The position numbers were made by a program, and so were the translations under genes. DNA of 64,000 nt from Carcharhinus amblyrhynchos (Eukaryota). The DNA lies in assembly GCA_965287045.1 (NCBI GenBank), contig OZ336876.1:1736001-1800000 (forward strand), written 5' to 3'. The notes beneath the pieces were generated by a model. It searched no databases and was not told where the DNA came from. It saw nothing but the letters and a program-made list of their open reading frames with translations. Positions 1-12,899 of the stretch are shown piece by piece (the first letter of the stretch is position 1; each line of letters begins with the position of its first letter).

Positions 1-859
1 CTAAATGTCCTCTTTCTGGGAATGGAACTGTTGGGTTTCTGCCATATCCAAACCTTGGTTATGAATCCCATTTGATACGAACTCGAGTCCGGGCCCAGAG
101 TTCGGAAAGAGCATTTACTTTGCTCAAATCAGGTTGTTAACCCGCTAGAGTGACCCAAGATTTAAGAGCTTGGGTAGCGCAGTCGGTTGTTTTCCTGCAC
201 CCAAACCAGGTTGTTTTTGATTTTCACCCCAGGAACTTGATGTCTAAGGAAGGTGGATACATAACGTCGCCATAATTTATCAACTTGTACAATCCCCTCA
301 CATACTTATACTAATGGAAGATGATAAGAGACAGAGTCATTCTGAGTAGCCATTCTTTAAACGGTGTGGCGCAACAAATGTCTTGGCCATTTGCAATGAT
401 CTGTTCCAGCAAGTCAGTGCCATGGGATAATTGTGCGGGAGGCGAAACAGGCACGCAGGCCTGTTCAGAAGGCAGTAATCATCTCAGATTAAGGAAGCTG
501 TCAGTAAAATAGAACTCAGTTTAAAACTCAGTATTTTAATTGATCAGAATTACTTCCTGCCGAAAGTTTCCTCATTTCGAATATAATATTTAATAGAGTC
601 GACTACTTTTGAAATAGAGAAAAACAAACTAAGATTCAAACAATTCTGATTTCGATTGCTGAATTATATTGATGCGAATTTCTGGCAGCATATAGAATCA
701 GATTATAAAATCTGCATTTAGTACAAGGAAAAGATTTATTTTAGCATGTCGCTTCGTACCCGAAATCATTGATGCTCTATAATTTATTTTGCACAACGAG
801 TTGCAAGTTTCTCCCTCCAAGGTACTGACTATACTGGTTGGAAACATATCAGTCTTCTT

Positions 860-1040
860 CATTGTCCCTAGGCTTAAATCCCAAGGAACCCCCTTCCCTT
901 CTAACTGCACGGTGGCTGTACGTATGCCGCATGGACTACAGCTATTCAAGAAGGTGGCTCATCACCACCTTCGCAAGGATTGAGGGATTGGGATAAATGT
1001 TGGCCTAGCCAATGATACAGACACCAAAAAAAATGAATAC
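860..1040 (+). mobile_element. LINE 3' tail fragment (CR1/L2 group, tail shared with SacSINE-like SINEs)
   Basis: catggactacagctattcaagaaggtggctcatcaccaccttc...ataaatgttggcctagcc; similar tails occur at ~25900 and ~39520. Confidence 0.55.
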
Positions 1041-1112
1041 CAAAGAATGCTGAACAATATGTGTAATAAGTAACAACAATAATGGCACTACAGCTAACTA
1101 TGCACTTGTTCT

Positions 1113-1436
1113 CATAGAATCCCTACAGTGCAGAAGGAGGCCATTCGGCCCATCGAGTCTGCACCGACACCAATCCCATCCAAGCTATATCCCCACATAG
1201 TTATCCTGCTGATTCCGCTACCATCCCGGGACACTAATGGTTAATTTAGCGTGCCTAATCAACTTAACCTGCACATCTTTGGACTGTGGAAAGAAAGCAG
1301 AGCACCCGAAGGAAACCCACGCAAACACAGGGAGAATGCGCAAACTCCACTGAGACAGTGACCAAAGCCGGAAATTGAACCCAGGTGCCTGGAGCTGTGA
1401 GGCAGCAGTGCTGACCACTGTGCCAGCGTGCTGCCC
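1113..1436 (-). mobile_element. HE1-like tRNA-derived SINE, near full length
   Basis: Reverse complement reads gggcagcacgctggcacagtggtcagcactgctgcctcacagc...ggccgaatggcctccttctgcactgtagggattctatg, matching the copy at 13998. Confidence 0.85.
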
Positions 1437-2894
1437 AAACGTGCTGTTCTGTGAGGTTAACACGATTTTTCATATTTTCCGAAAGTGATTTAATTATTTA
1501 ATTGCTATGTTATTGTGCGTTTGTAGTTATCTACTTCCTAAACGACCATTATTTATTTTGTTGGTTGAATTATCTCATCAAATTTATTGTATGAGCTGAT
1601 AATGATTCATTTTCAATCCTTATAATCCCTTTCAAAAATTCAGAAAACATCCTTCTGAGTGCTATTTTATCCTTGTCAAAGTTATTACCCCTTTTCGACA
1701 AAATTATGAAATTCGGCGAGACGAATGAGGAATTTTGTACCGAAAACCACATGAAACAGTGGAGGAAAGAAAAAGCACGAACAGTATCTCCCTCCTCCCC
1801 CCATCGCGTGTCATCCACAGATCCCTCCCACTCCTTCGAGATTGTATTCGGTGCACTCACAAATGCTTGGCGGTGGGACAGCTGTTAGAATGCTTTCTGC
1901 AACTGACATCTTGCGACAAACAACGCACCCAGGCAGGGGTTGAAATCTATGGTAAGTAACGTAATTTTATGCACCATGTACATACAGGGCGTGCAATTTA
2001 TGCTTACCGCGAGAAAACGTAGGTTATATGTAACCCTGCTGAGTTTCAATGCGAGGTGCAAAATGACAGCGGTTTTCCCAATTGGCTCGGACAGGCAAAG
2101 CTGTCTTTATGGTACAAGAAAGGTACATTTGTGATGCCGGTTTCAGGAGGCCTTTGATAGATGGGCAAACACGCAGTATGATGTTTCATTGCGAATTCCC
2201 TTGTCAAGTACAGAATCCCACTCGTTAGCGTTAGAGTGAAATTATGTGAACCTATCCTCCACCAGAATGGAATTCCTCCTAACCGTTAGGGAGCTCTTTC
2301 AAACATCTGGCTTTATGCAAAGGTTCAAGTAAGTTGTTCTTTTCAGCAACATTGGCAGGTAAGATGTAGAAGTCAATTTCCAAAAGCAGTCGTATTTCTG
2401 ACATTATTCAAGAAATGCTTAGAATTTTGTAAGTATCAAGTAATTTACTCAATATTTAAATCAACATCGAGAGCGCAATTGTTTCCATTATCTTCATTCC
2501 CAGAAATGAATATTATTGTGTTTGTTGCGTTGTACGTATCAGGATTTGCAAAGTGTGTTAGAGACCAACATGGATACATTGTTTGGCTGAGAGGTGACGT
2601 TACACAGGCAGTAAGTGTCATAGCCATTTGATGCAAAAGTATTCTCCACTGTCAGAAATTGAGCAACGGTATAAAGTAGTTCCTCCGTTATTTGGGTAGA
2701 AGGACCAATACCGCTCAAGACATTCCATTTTGCCGCAGTGGTGCTTCACATCCGGAAGAGATGGGGTCTCCACTTGTGGACTAATCTACAACAAGACTTT
2801 CCCAGCAGGATGCTAGCGAGAATTTTGTGCTCATGCTTTTGAGGTTTTTGCTTAGTTTCCTCTTTCATACGATTCATTCTATCGTTGTAATTCT

Positions 2895-3290
2895 GTGTAG
2901 TTACCCAGTCCATCACTCAAACCAGCCTCCCATGCATTAACATTTTCTACGCGTCCCGCTACCTCGAAAAAAAACAGCCGGCATAATTAAAGACCGCATG
3001 CCCACCGGGCATACTCTCTTCCACCTTTTTCCGTCGGAAAAAAAAGATACAGAAGTCTGAGGTCACGTTCCAACAGAATCAAGAACAGATTCTTCCTTGC
3101 TGCCATCAGACTTTTGAATGGAGCTACATCTCGTTGAATTGATTTTCCTCTACAATATAGCCCACATTGTATTCTGCCATCCTTCCTTTCCTTCTCTGTG
3201 GACCGTGTTCTTTTTCTGTATAGCGCTCAAGGAACGATATTTTAAAATATATGCAAATACACGTGACGATAATCAGTCAAATGAAGGCAA
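2895..3290 (+). mobile_element. Rex1/Babar-like LINE 3' fragment
   Basis: Reverse-complement similarity to the copies at 32450-33310 and 45405-46835 (aagaacagattcttccttgctgccatcagacttttgaatgga). Confidence 0.65.
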
Positions 3291-3844
3291 ATAATTTGTA
3301 CCATTGAGTGGCCTATGAACCATCCGACCCAAATAAAATGGAAAATCCCAACAAGAGAGTAACAGTCATTTGTTCTAGCATAGAAGCAGATTAATTTCAT
3401 TTCGACCAACTGACAGCAGGGCTGCTTCCGCGGTTACCCCATTCAAAAGGGTAGGCCCCTGCTGTTGTATAAGATCCGTTACTGCGGGTAGGAAGCTGTC
3501 AGTTTTGTGGGTTTTGGAAATAAGTCATTTCTTATAGAGACGCAAGCTTCGAAGTGTTACATATTCGAGATAAGCAGCATTGGGTAAAAGCGTAACTGAT
3601 TTCCTCAGATAAAGTGAGGAAACAACTGTGTGAAACTTTAAAAATTCCACAGTACAAAATCAACAGGAATTCGGAAAATAATTTAGAAAAGTGGATCGAT
3701 ACAGGATGGAAGTAGTAATTAGAGACTTACGGATATATGAGAATAAAAATGTAATTACAGAAATAACAATCATTCGCTTTGTGGCAGTCATTCTGTTAAA
3801 AAAAACAGGTTTCATCTAGTAATACAGACGCTCAGGGATAGGCA

Positions 3845-4010
3845 TATAATCACCACAGTGCAGAAAGAAGCCATTCGGCCCACCAAGTCTGCACTGACTG
3901 CAAGAGCATCCCACCCAGGTTTTCCCCACTTCTTTATCCCTGTTACCCCGCGCATTTATCACGGTTAATGCCCCCAAGCTGCACATTTTTGTACTACGGA
4001 ACTTGGCCAA
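3845..4010 (-). mobile_element. Partial HE1-like SINE
   Basis: cagtgcagaaagaagccattcggcccaccaagtctgcac tail, as in the other copies. Confidence 0.6.
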
Positions 4011-5129
4011 GGAGCCAACAGATGTTTTAGGAGAGAGTGATGCAGATTAAAAACATCGCCAAGTACCCCCGGAATGAAGAACATGTTAAAACTAGGTAGT
4101 CAATTTCTTTTAGGGCATCCAATTATTAAGACATTGGCTTTATGAAATATTAAGCACACACCTTTGCACGTTTGGTCCCTGAATTCTCTGCCCCTCTCGT
4201 CTCATCCTCTGAATCTGTCCTTAACAAGCGCCTCATATGATATAACTTTACAAAGTTCAAAAGACGATTTCATGTTAAATGCATACTTGCGATGTGGGCA
4301 TTTTTGCAAGGACAATATTAATTCAAAGTTCATCCTGAGAAGATAATGGCGAGTTGTCTTAAAACTATACAGACAATGATGCGCAGGGGCCCCCAGGTTG
4401 CTGTTAGTGAGCGAGGTCCTGGATTTTTACACGGCAACAGAAAACAAATGCAAAATAATCCCAGGTCAAGATAGCCAGTGACTTGGATGGGAACTTGCAG
4501 TTGACGGTTTTTCAAGGCACCCGCTATCATTGTCCTCCAAGGTTGCAGAGATCGCGGGACGGGTAAGTACTGTGCAAGAGGCGGAGGCTAGCTACTGCAG
4601 TGCACACTGCTGCCACTGTGTGTCGCTGGTGGAGGGAATGCAAGTATAAGGCGGATGGGTGGCAATCAAGCGCGCATTTTCATGAATGTCTTTGATATTC
4701 TTGAGGGTTTGCGGAGCTACACAAATTCAAACAGGATACAGCATCTTAAATATTTCAATCTTAAGGGCGCATCAAGGGCAAACATAGTAATAAAAATAAA
4801 TATTGGCATATTTTATTTAAACACTGCTCATGTTAGGCTGCAGTGACATTAAACAAGCGATGCATTCCTTTTAGATTCAAATTCATTGAGCTGAAGGATC
4901 TTGTGCACACAAACAAAGCAGATTTTGTAAAAAGAAACTTCATAAAACTGATCAGGTGGAATACTGAATATTGTGTTGAATTCCTGGCACCTCAAATTAT
5001 GAGGGATTTGATAAGATCCTTACTGGGATGTTGCAACTGCATCATTTCTCTTACATGGAGGGAATATATACATTATTAAATTAGCATCAGTAGAACTGTT
5101 CAAATTCTAAATATTTTGATAACATAAAC

Positions 5130-5760
5130 AACAGAGACGCTGGTACATATAAACCCTGATTTCAGGCATTGAAAGACACATTCTGCCCATCCTGTCCATG
5201 CTAGCCTGACGACATGCAAGTGTCTTTTCTAATCGCACAGTCGTGGGCCGATAGCCATGCAGTTTACGGCAATTAAGGTGCAGTTCCAGGTATTTCCGCA
5301 GAGAGTTTAGAGTCTCTGCCTCCATCATCAACTTAGGTAATCAGTTCCAAACAGCAGCGCCCTCTGCGCACAAAACAATGTTCTTCCCCATGACCCCTCG
5401 ACACCTTCTGTCACTTATATTGAATCTATGTCCCCTAGAATTCTCCGCCAAGGAAACAATTTTATCCTGCCCACTCTATCTCCTCCTTATAATTTTGTCC
5501 ACCTCAATGGAATCACCGCTCAGCCTTCTTTATTCCAAGGAAAATGACGTCAACTATCCATTTTTTTCCTCGCAGCTACACTTTTCTAGCACTCCCAACA
5601 TTATTGAAAAACTCCTCTCCACTCGCTCCAGGACAATTACGTCTTTCCTGCAACAAGGTAACCAGAATTGTATTATGCTCTAGTTGTGGCGTCATTAGCG
5701 CCTTATACAAACCCAACATTCTATCCTTACATTTTATATTCTACACTGCTGCTAATGAAA
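5130..5760 (-). mobile_element. Decayed CR1 LINE 3' fragment
   Basis: The minus strand retains CR1 3' ORF2/UTR motifs (caattctggttaccttgttgcaggaaagacg; EAETLNSLRKYLELHL). Confidence 0.6.
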
Positions 5761-8489
5761 GAGAACAATTCTTTTGCAGTAAAGTCGAGCCACGCTCACA
5801 TTTCGAATCTAGCAACCCCCTAGACGTTATGTTAATTAATTAATATAGAAGATTGCATCTTGTTAAACAATGGTAACATTTATTTCAATAACTCACCATC
5901 TAAACGACAATCAGTACTCAATTAGGTGACCATTCTATTATCCCCTTTGAAAGCTCACCCATCGGGATTTTGTCGGTAGCTCTCAAATTCTTCATGATAG
6001 TCACAATTTTGGTATTATTTTTCGAGTCATGAGTAATACCCCTGGTTGGGATAGCATTTTCTGTCCAACCCTATGTACGCATCATCAAAGTGGCTTTAGG
6101 AGTCGACCACGTTGTTGTGGATCACCAAAAAATTTCTTCATTTTTTTTCAGGAAGCTTTTACAATCGCACTCAGATTTAAAAATCCAGCTTCGGACTTGG
6201 TTGCCCAGACCATTACCCTACTTTGATAGATTACTGTGCTGTAACGATATCAGGATGCGCCCCCGCCTCTTGGTTTCAAGCACGAATCTATGTCAGCAGA
6301 ATGATCACTTACTTCAACCTCCCCAACATCTGCAGACGAGAATGGCCTCAGCTCCTGCAAGGCCCTGAACTTCAATGTACTTAAGGTCTTTGGGCTTGGC
6401 AATTTAAGCGACCCTCCGGCCTGCCTCCCACTTTCTCAATAAGCACACATTTCACAAATTCCTGCGGCAGATATCTTAACTTGCAGGGAATCCTATTCTT
6501 TTGTCGCCTTTGGCCTTCACTCGCCCCCACATATTTATTACTTCAAGCTTTAAAGATATCAAGTCATGTCCAGCAATTACAGATTAACTTGCTTCTGGGC
6601 ACAATTCAAGAATGATTCTGGACAAAATTATCTGTCATTTTGGAAAATGTAGGCCAATTAAGGATTGGTAGTTAGGATTTGTTGAGGCCACTTGTGGAAT
6701 GGTGGAGAACAAGAGGACACAGCTTTGAGGCAATTAGCAAAAGAAACCGTGGTAATAGGGGGGCTTTTTAAAGACATAGCTTGGCATTAGGAGATAAAAT
6801 GCGCTATCGGTGAATCTGGTAGAGACAATTAAATTGTGGCTCACAAGGTCAAACTGGATAATCTGTAAAGGATGACTGTGTATAACCACATGATGTGGGG
6901 GTTGAGTGAGGGGCAGTAGGGGTGCGGTGGTGGGTGCATGGCGCCAGCTAGATTGCTCTGAAGGAGAGCTAACAGAGACATGGTAGGGCTAATGGCCTCT
7001 TTTTGTGCTGTCGCTGTTCTGATTGTTGATTGAACAATTCTGGATTGTCCATTCTTTCAATTTTAAACAATTCCCTCAATCTGGAATTGAATGATTCTCG
7101 CAGGATTATGAATTTCATTTTCCACTACTTCATATCAGAAAAAAAAGTTTAGTTTGCAAAAGCTGAGACAAACGCGCGCAAATTTTGGACACGTGTTACA
7201 TTTTTTTGGGTTTTCCTTATCTCAGCAGTCAGAATGCCGGAAGCGCTTGTAACCAAATTGTTCACCAGCATGGCCAGATTCACACTATCGTTCAGACAGA
7301 GGGTAGTATCCAGAATTTTCTCTGCCCGCGTCTCCTTTCCATTGTGGCATTTAACTTGAATTTCTTCTTATTATTCCAACTAAATTTGCTGGGTTGAAAG
7401 TCATTTGTCCTATGCCAATCTCTCCCTGAGTCAATGTATGTCCTCCTGAAATATCCTGTGGCTATCCTATTTCGATCCTCACTGCTGGCTTCTTCCACAA
7501 GTATCAGTCAGATGCAAGCTATTAAATTCTGGCCTATGCCCAAGAGACATTATATTTCAGTTAGAAGAGTTACCCGTGTATTATCCTAGGTATACAAATA
7601 TACATTTCCAAAGGCCTTCCAGCACCACAAAACGAAACGAAAGTCCTTCAAGCTGATGTGACTATTTTTGCCCAGGCTGAGACACAAGGCGGTGCATAAA
7701 CATTTCCTTTGAGTATAAAGTGGACACAATGCCTCAATCCCTGAATACGTCACAAATTAATGCCATATTAATGTCAATTTCAATATGTCTGTTCGCCGAG
7801 AAAGCACCAGGATGTCCGCATTACATCAAGTTATGAAAATTGAGAGATGGTCAAAATCAAATTTATGTTGCATGCGTATTTTATATTTTGCATCACATGA
7901 ATTAGCTGGCTTGCTTCAGTCATGCTCCTTGAAGGATATGTAAACCATTCGTTATTTTAGCAATGGTCTATAATCTACATACGTTGCTATAATGTGCCAA
8001 TTGCACCACATCACGCATTTTCCAATTGTATTCGTGGATTTCTTGAGTGAAGTATTTTCTTTATTTCGCTGGGTCGACGTTCCCTGGTGTGGCACCGCTG
8101 ATGCGTTTTGGACATCAGTATCTTGCATAATAGTTTCAGTTGCTACGTTGCCGCAATTTAAGGGCGAGCCATTGTCCTTATGGACACAAAATGCATTGGG
8201 GCAAAACGTTCCACATTCCCTTTAGTCCGAAATATCTTGCAGTTCCTAAAATTAATTACAATTACAAAGTTTCGATCTGAGAATAATATCTGTAATATAA
8301 GAACATTCGGCAGATTTCCAATCACATTGACCATTTGTTGGTGAAAAAATGCATCATTGTTTTTAGGGCACAGAAGTGTTTTTATTCACACTTTTCACGG
8401 AATTGTGCAAAACACAACATTTATTCGGTCGCAGGCATAGCAAAATCATTGTAAATCTCATAAAGTATGAAATATCTATTAAACTCAAG

Positions 8490-9860
8490 AAGTCTGGCAA
8501 CATCAGTGGAGAAAGAAACAGAGCAAAAGCTTTGAGAAACAAAACTCTCCTTCAGAACTGAAGAGATGCAGAAATGAAATGGATGCTATTCTTGGAAAGG
8601 TGGGGGAGGGAGGGGGTGTGATGACCAGGTGTGGGGTGCGAGGATGAGGAGGGTGGGGGTGGGGGGCGTGGAAATGCGGTCTGAATAGAAAGCCAGCGAT
8701 AGGTCGACACACAGGAGAGATTGACGAGACAAATGTCATGTTAATGATAGCATTAAGGGATAGCGAGGTGGTATAAGGGTAAGAAAGCAGATTGTTTTAT
8801 TAGGAAATAAGTGTAAAGCTAAAGAACAAATAACCGGTGGCCCTGTGGGGAACAGGCGGAGTGCTTGTATGGGCCAAACAAAGGAATCAAAATGTGGGAA
8901 CTTTATAGTATAATTTTGTTCTGTTTACAAGGATTTAACATCTCTTTAGATTCCTTGCTTAGCCTCAACGCAAACACTGGGCCGTCTGTTATTTGTTCTT
9001 AAGTTTTCCTTTACCTGAACCGTTGATCATGACCAAATTCTGCAGAGGCTGGAACCCGGAAGAAAAAACAGAGAAGTCTGGAAAAAAAACCCAGTAGGCA
9101 TGACTACATGCATAGGAGATAAAACAGACTTAACCCTACAGATGCTGCCAGATCTCTTGAATCTTTCCAGCATTCACCGACCTATGTTTTTCTGATAACA
9201 CTGACTGCCATGTCACCTTCATGCCACTTTCAGCACTTCTTTCATGCAGAATACTCTCATTATTTCTAGGGTTGTCTTGCATCCATGACATATTTGTTCT
9301 TAGTTCTGACGTGCCCCTTATTTTCTATTTTGCTCAGCTCTCCAACTCGATAATACATTACTTTTCTACAACTCTTCAGCTTTGAAGAAGTCAGTTGGAC
9401 TCGAAATATTGACTTTTTCTCTCTCTCAATACATACTGCCAGATCTGCTGAGTGTATCCACCATCTTCAGTCTTTATTTCAGTTTTCCATTTTCCACACT
9501 GTTTTGCTTTCATTATTCATTAGATAATCAGCTATGTTATGGTCATGAATCAATTGTACTCAAGGAAATATTCACCTTGACTTGAGCTTTCTTCCTGGAC
9601 GTTCCTGAATCTGCCTAATGTCAATTATCCAAAACAGAAAATGCTGGAAAATCTCAGCAGGTCTGACAACATCTGGAAGGAGAAAAAAGAGTTGATGTTT
9701 TGAGTCTAGATGACCCATTGCAAAATACCCTTTGGTGATCCGGTCTGAAAATGTCAGTAATTTTCTCTCCTTACAGATGCTGCCAGACCTGCTGCGATTT
9801 TCCAGCATTTTCTCTTTTGGTTTCTGATGCTAGCATCCGTAGTAACTAATTTTATCTAAT
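8490..9860. mobile_element. Penelope-like element remnants with inverted terminal arms
   Basis: Repeated motifs gatgctgccagacctgctg / cagcaggtctgacaacatc; clear inverted repeat at 9630-9820. Confidence 0.55.
9576..9614 (-). CDS. Possible further gene A cytoplasmic exon (39 nt): ADSGTSRKKAQVK
   Basis: Acceptor ttgacattag| and donor AAG|gtgaat. Open in phase 0-0 and also in phase 2-2. The acceptor is weak and sits next to a repeat. Confidence 0.35.
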
Positions 9861-11142
9861 GCCAATTATTAATTGTTTGAAATGGAAGTGATGCTTTTAA
9901 AATAAAAGAGAAAGGAGAGCTATATAAATCTACGGAATACGGATCATTGGAATAGATTAAAATTCGTTAATAATATAAATATGATGTGTTCAAAAAACCC
10001 TTGGGCATTGCAATGTTGTATGAAATACATTGATCCATTATCATCACAAAATCACAGAATCCAGACCATGCAGAAGAATGCCATTCGGCCAATCCAGTCT
10101 TCATGGTTTATCTTTCCTGGGCTCTTTCCCTGTAACCCTATCTATTTACCACTCCCACTATCTTCCCTAACTTTTTCAGAATTTGGAAGCTCGGATAGTT
10201 GCAATTATTTTTCCATAATGCAATGTGAAATGTCTTCTCACAACTGTTATGGAAAACAGTCCTGGTAGATAGAACAACAGTTCACCATGCATTCAATTGT
10301 TGCAATCTCAATTCAGAAACACGTTGAATCAGTTGCAACAACTTTTGAATTAACCAAAACAACGGCATGAATTATTCCTTTGCCTGGCGTTTAGAATTTG
10401 CTCCTGATTTGTCTGCATGAAAATGTATCTATGTTCAAATTTGTGAAATATATTTTTTCGGACACTTGTTTTGAGTTGACAGGGAAATCAGACGAAGATT
10501 AATGCTATCGTCACAACATGTCCTGTGTTTGATCAGCTTTATGGATCATAACCAAGAAAAAAAAACAGTTAATTGAATGAAGGGAAAATCAGAAAGGGCG
10601 CAAAATGTATTTCCAACATATTGCCACCAGTATGTTTGCACACAACACCTGAATCCCTTCAACATTACTTGTCAATTCATTCAGAAGCATACATAGAAAA
10701 TATAAGCATGGGAAGGCCATTCGGCCCTTCGAGCTTCCTCTGCCTTTGTCTTCCCTCTCTCCATATCCCTTGATCGCTTTAGTCCAGACCTATTTCTAAT
10801 TTATTTTTGAAATCATGCTCTGTAGCTATTTGTGATCACTTCTCACTCTTCTAAACCCCAAAGAATGTTGGCCTAAACGATTTACTCTCGCCTCATATGA
10901 CAGTCCTACTCTCCCAGGAATCATCCTAGTCAACTTTTGTTGCACCCTCTCTATAGCAAGAACATATTTCCTCAGATAAGGGCAACAAAACTTCACAAAT
11001 TACTCCAAAAGTGGCCCCAGCAACGCTCTCTACATAAATTCACTGGTCCTCATCATATCTTTTTTCACATCCTTAGAATTAGGTTATCAGCAAGTATTAA
11101 GTACCAAAACGCAAACTTCAAATGAGAGGGCTGTATACTCAC

Positions 11143-11180
11143 ATTTTCGTCTGGGCTAGGATATTGGGCCCGGGGAATTT
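11143..11180 (-). CDS. Gene A first cytoplasmic exon (38 nt): (K)IPRAQYPSPDEN
   Basis: Acceptor attgtcttgtttcag| and donor AAT|gtgagt. Phase 1 to phase 0, in frame with the TM exon. Confidence 0.72.
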
Positions 11181-11369
11181 CTGAAACAAGACAATGCACA
11201 ATTATAACCCTACATTTTATCAACATTGAATAATGTATATTCTCTTTAACATCATGTTCCCCTTAAAATGGTAACTTATCAACTTTCACTCATGGTTATC
11301 AAAACTGAACTTCTTCAATGCTAAACTAGTTGAATTAATATATATATGCACGCATCAAAATACGTATCG

Positions 11370-12000
11370 GAGCTTAATTTTAGATCTAACATTGTGCATT
11401 GAGTGCAGGAGAAGGACTATGTGCTACTCTACAGAGGAACTTGGTAAGACCACACCTCGAATTTGGTCTCCTATTCCGAGGAAGGATGCTCTTGTTATAG
11501 ATGGGGTGCAGAGAAGATTTACCACAACTGATTCCTGTGACGGTAGAACTGATGTTAGTGTAAGGATTCAATTTGTAAGGGTTATATTGGTTGGAACTCG
11601 AAGAATGAGTGAGGCGAAGCCGAGTGGGTGGGGGCCTCAGTGAAACCGAAAAAAAAGCACGACTAGACGGGGTAGATGCAGGAAGAATGCTCCCGATGAT
11701 GGGGTGATAGAAAACCAGGGGTCATAGCCTAAGGATACTGGGTAAAACATTTTGGACTGCGATAAGGACACATTTCTTCATCCAGAGAGCCTCTAGAATT
11801 CGTTACACAGCTGATGTCAAAGTACTGCATGTCTTCAATTAGGAGTTAGGTACAGGCTTTCGAGTGAAGGCGATCAAAGGATTTTGGGAGAAGGTAGGAT
11901 CAGGTATTGAGTTGAATGACCCGCTACGATCGTAGTGAATTGCGGAGTAGACTCGAAGGGCTGAACGGTCTATTCCTACTATCGTTTTCTATATTTCTGT
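11370..12000 (+). mobile_element. Decayed CR1 LINE 3' fragment
   Basis: ttggtaagaccacacctcga...ggggtgcagagaagatttacc...tcgaagggctgaacggtctattcct (LVRPHLE/VQRRFT-type motifs plus 3' UTR). Confidence 0.7.
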
Positions 12001-12561
12001 TATTCAGGAAATGTTTTTCAGATGAGAATCACTCCCTCTCCTCATTTCTGTTTGTTTATTGCCCATTATCATGGTCAGTTGTTCCTTGAAATCCATCACC
12101 TGCCATTTATCAAATCTGACCATTTGGTGTGATGGAAACATTCACAGATTGTGACTTGAAATTGCAGGCATGCACCTTGACCGAGTCACTGAACGGACCA
12201 TAGAGCTCCAGCTGCATTTTCTGTCTTCATGCTAAGCAGGGTATTTGTTTCTGGTGTCTATGCAATCCACCAATCCCGACTAGCACCACCAATACAGTAA
12301 TGCATTCATTCTGGATCCGTTCCCCCATGCTACCCACTTCCTTCACACCCCACCGTATCTCTATAGAACTGGCCACCTGATTAGATGATACTGTAATAGT
12401 TAGGGATATGAAAGGATGTTGCTTTTGGAGAATTCATCACGTGTAAATCCTCCAGTTTTGTTTGCTTTTTGCTTTTTTTTCTTTCCAAGGGAGACTGCGA
12501 AGTTTGCATCAAACTGCATGTCTTGTATTAACATTGCTGTTTAAGATTTGTGTTTATTTAC

Positions 12562-12657
12562 TCCGTTTTGGTAAGATCGCACCGAGTAATGCAGAGGTTA
12601 GAATGAGAACTATTAATGCTGTACAAATGAAACTGAATGCCGAAGTAAGATTATAAC
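12562..12657 (-). CDS. Gene A transmembrane exon (96 nt): GYNLTSAFSFICTALIVLILTSALLGAILPKR
   Basis: Strong acceptor ttcttcttttttctctccag| and donor CGGA|gtaaat. Phase 1-1. About 23 uncharged hydrophobic residues followed by a basic stop-transfer (PKR). Confidence 0.8.
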
Positions 12658-12899
12658 CTGGAGAGAAAAAAGAAGAACATTTTGCAATTATTTTAGAATT
12701 ATTACGGCAGAAATTATAACAAAGATAGCTTTATATTTTTTTTTCACTGGGAATGGCTTTCATATTGGAATTGTCAAAGGTCAAATGATAGAGATATCTA
12801 GGACAAAATTCCAGGAAAATGGTTCGAATTCTAGCATGACATCTGGTGAAATTTGAATTCAATAAACTATTTTCGATTGTGATTAAAACCCATGTGGTT

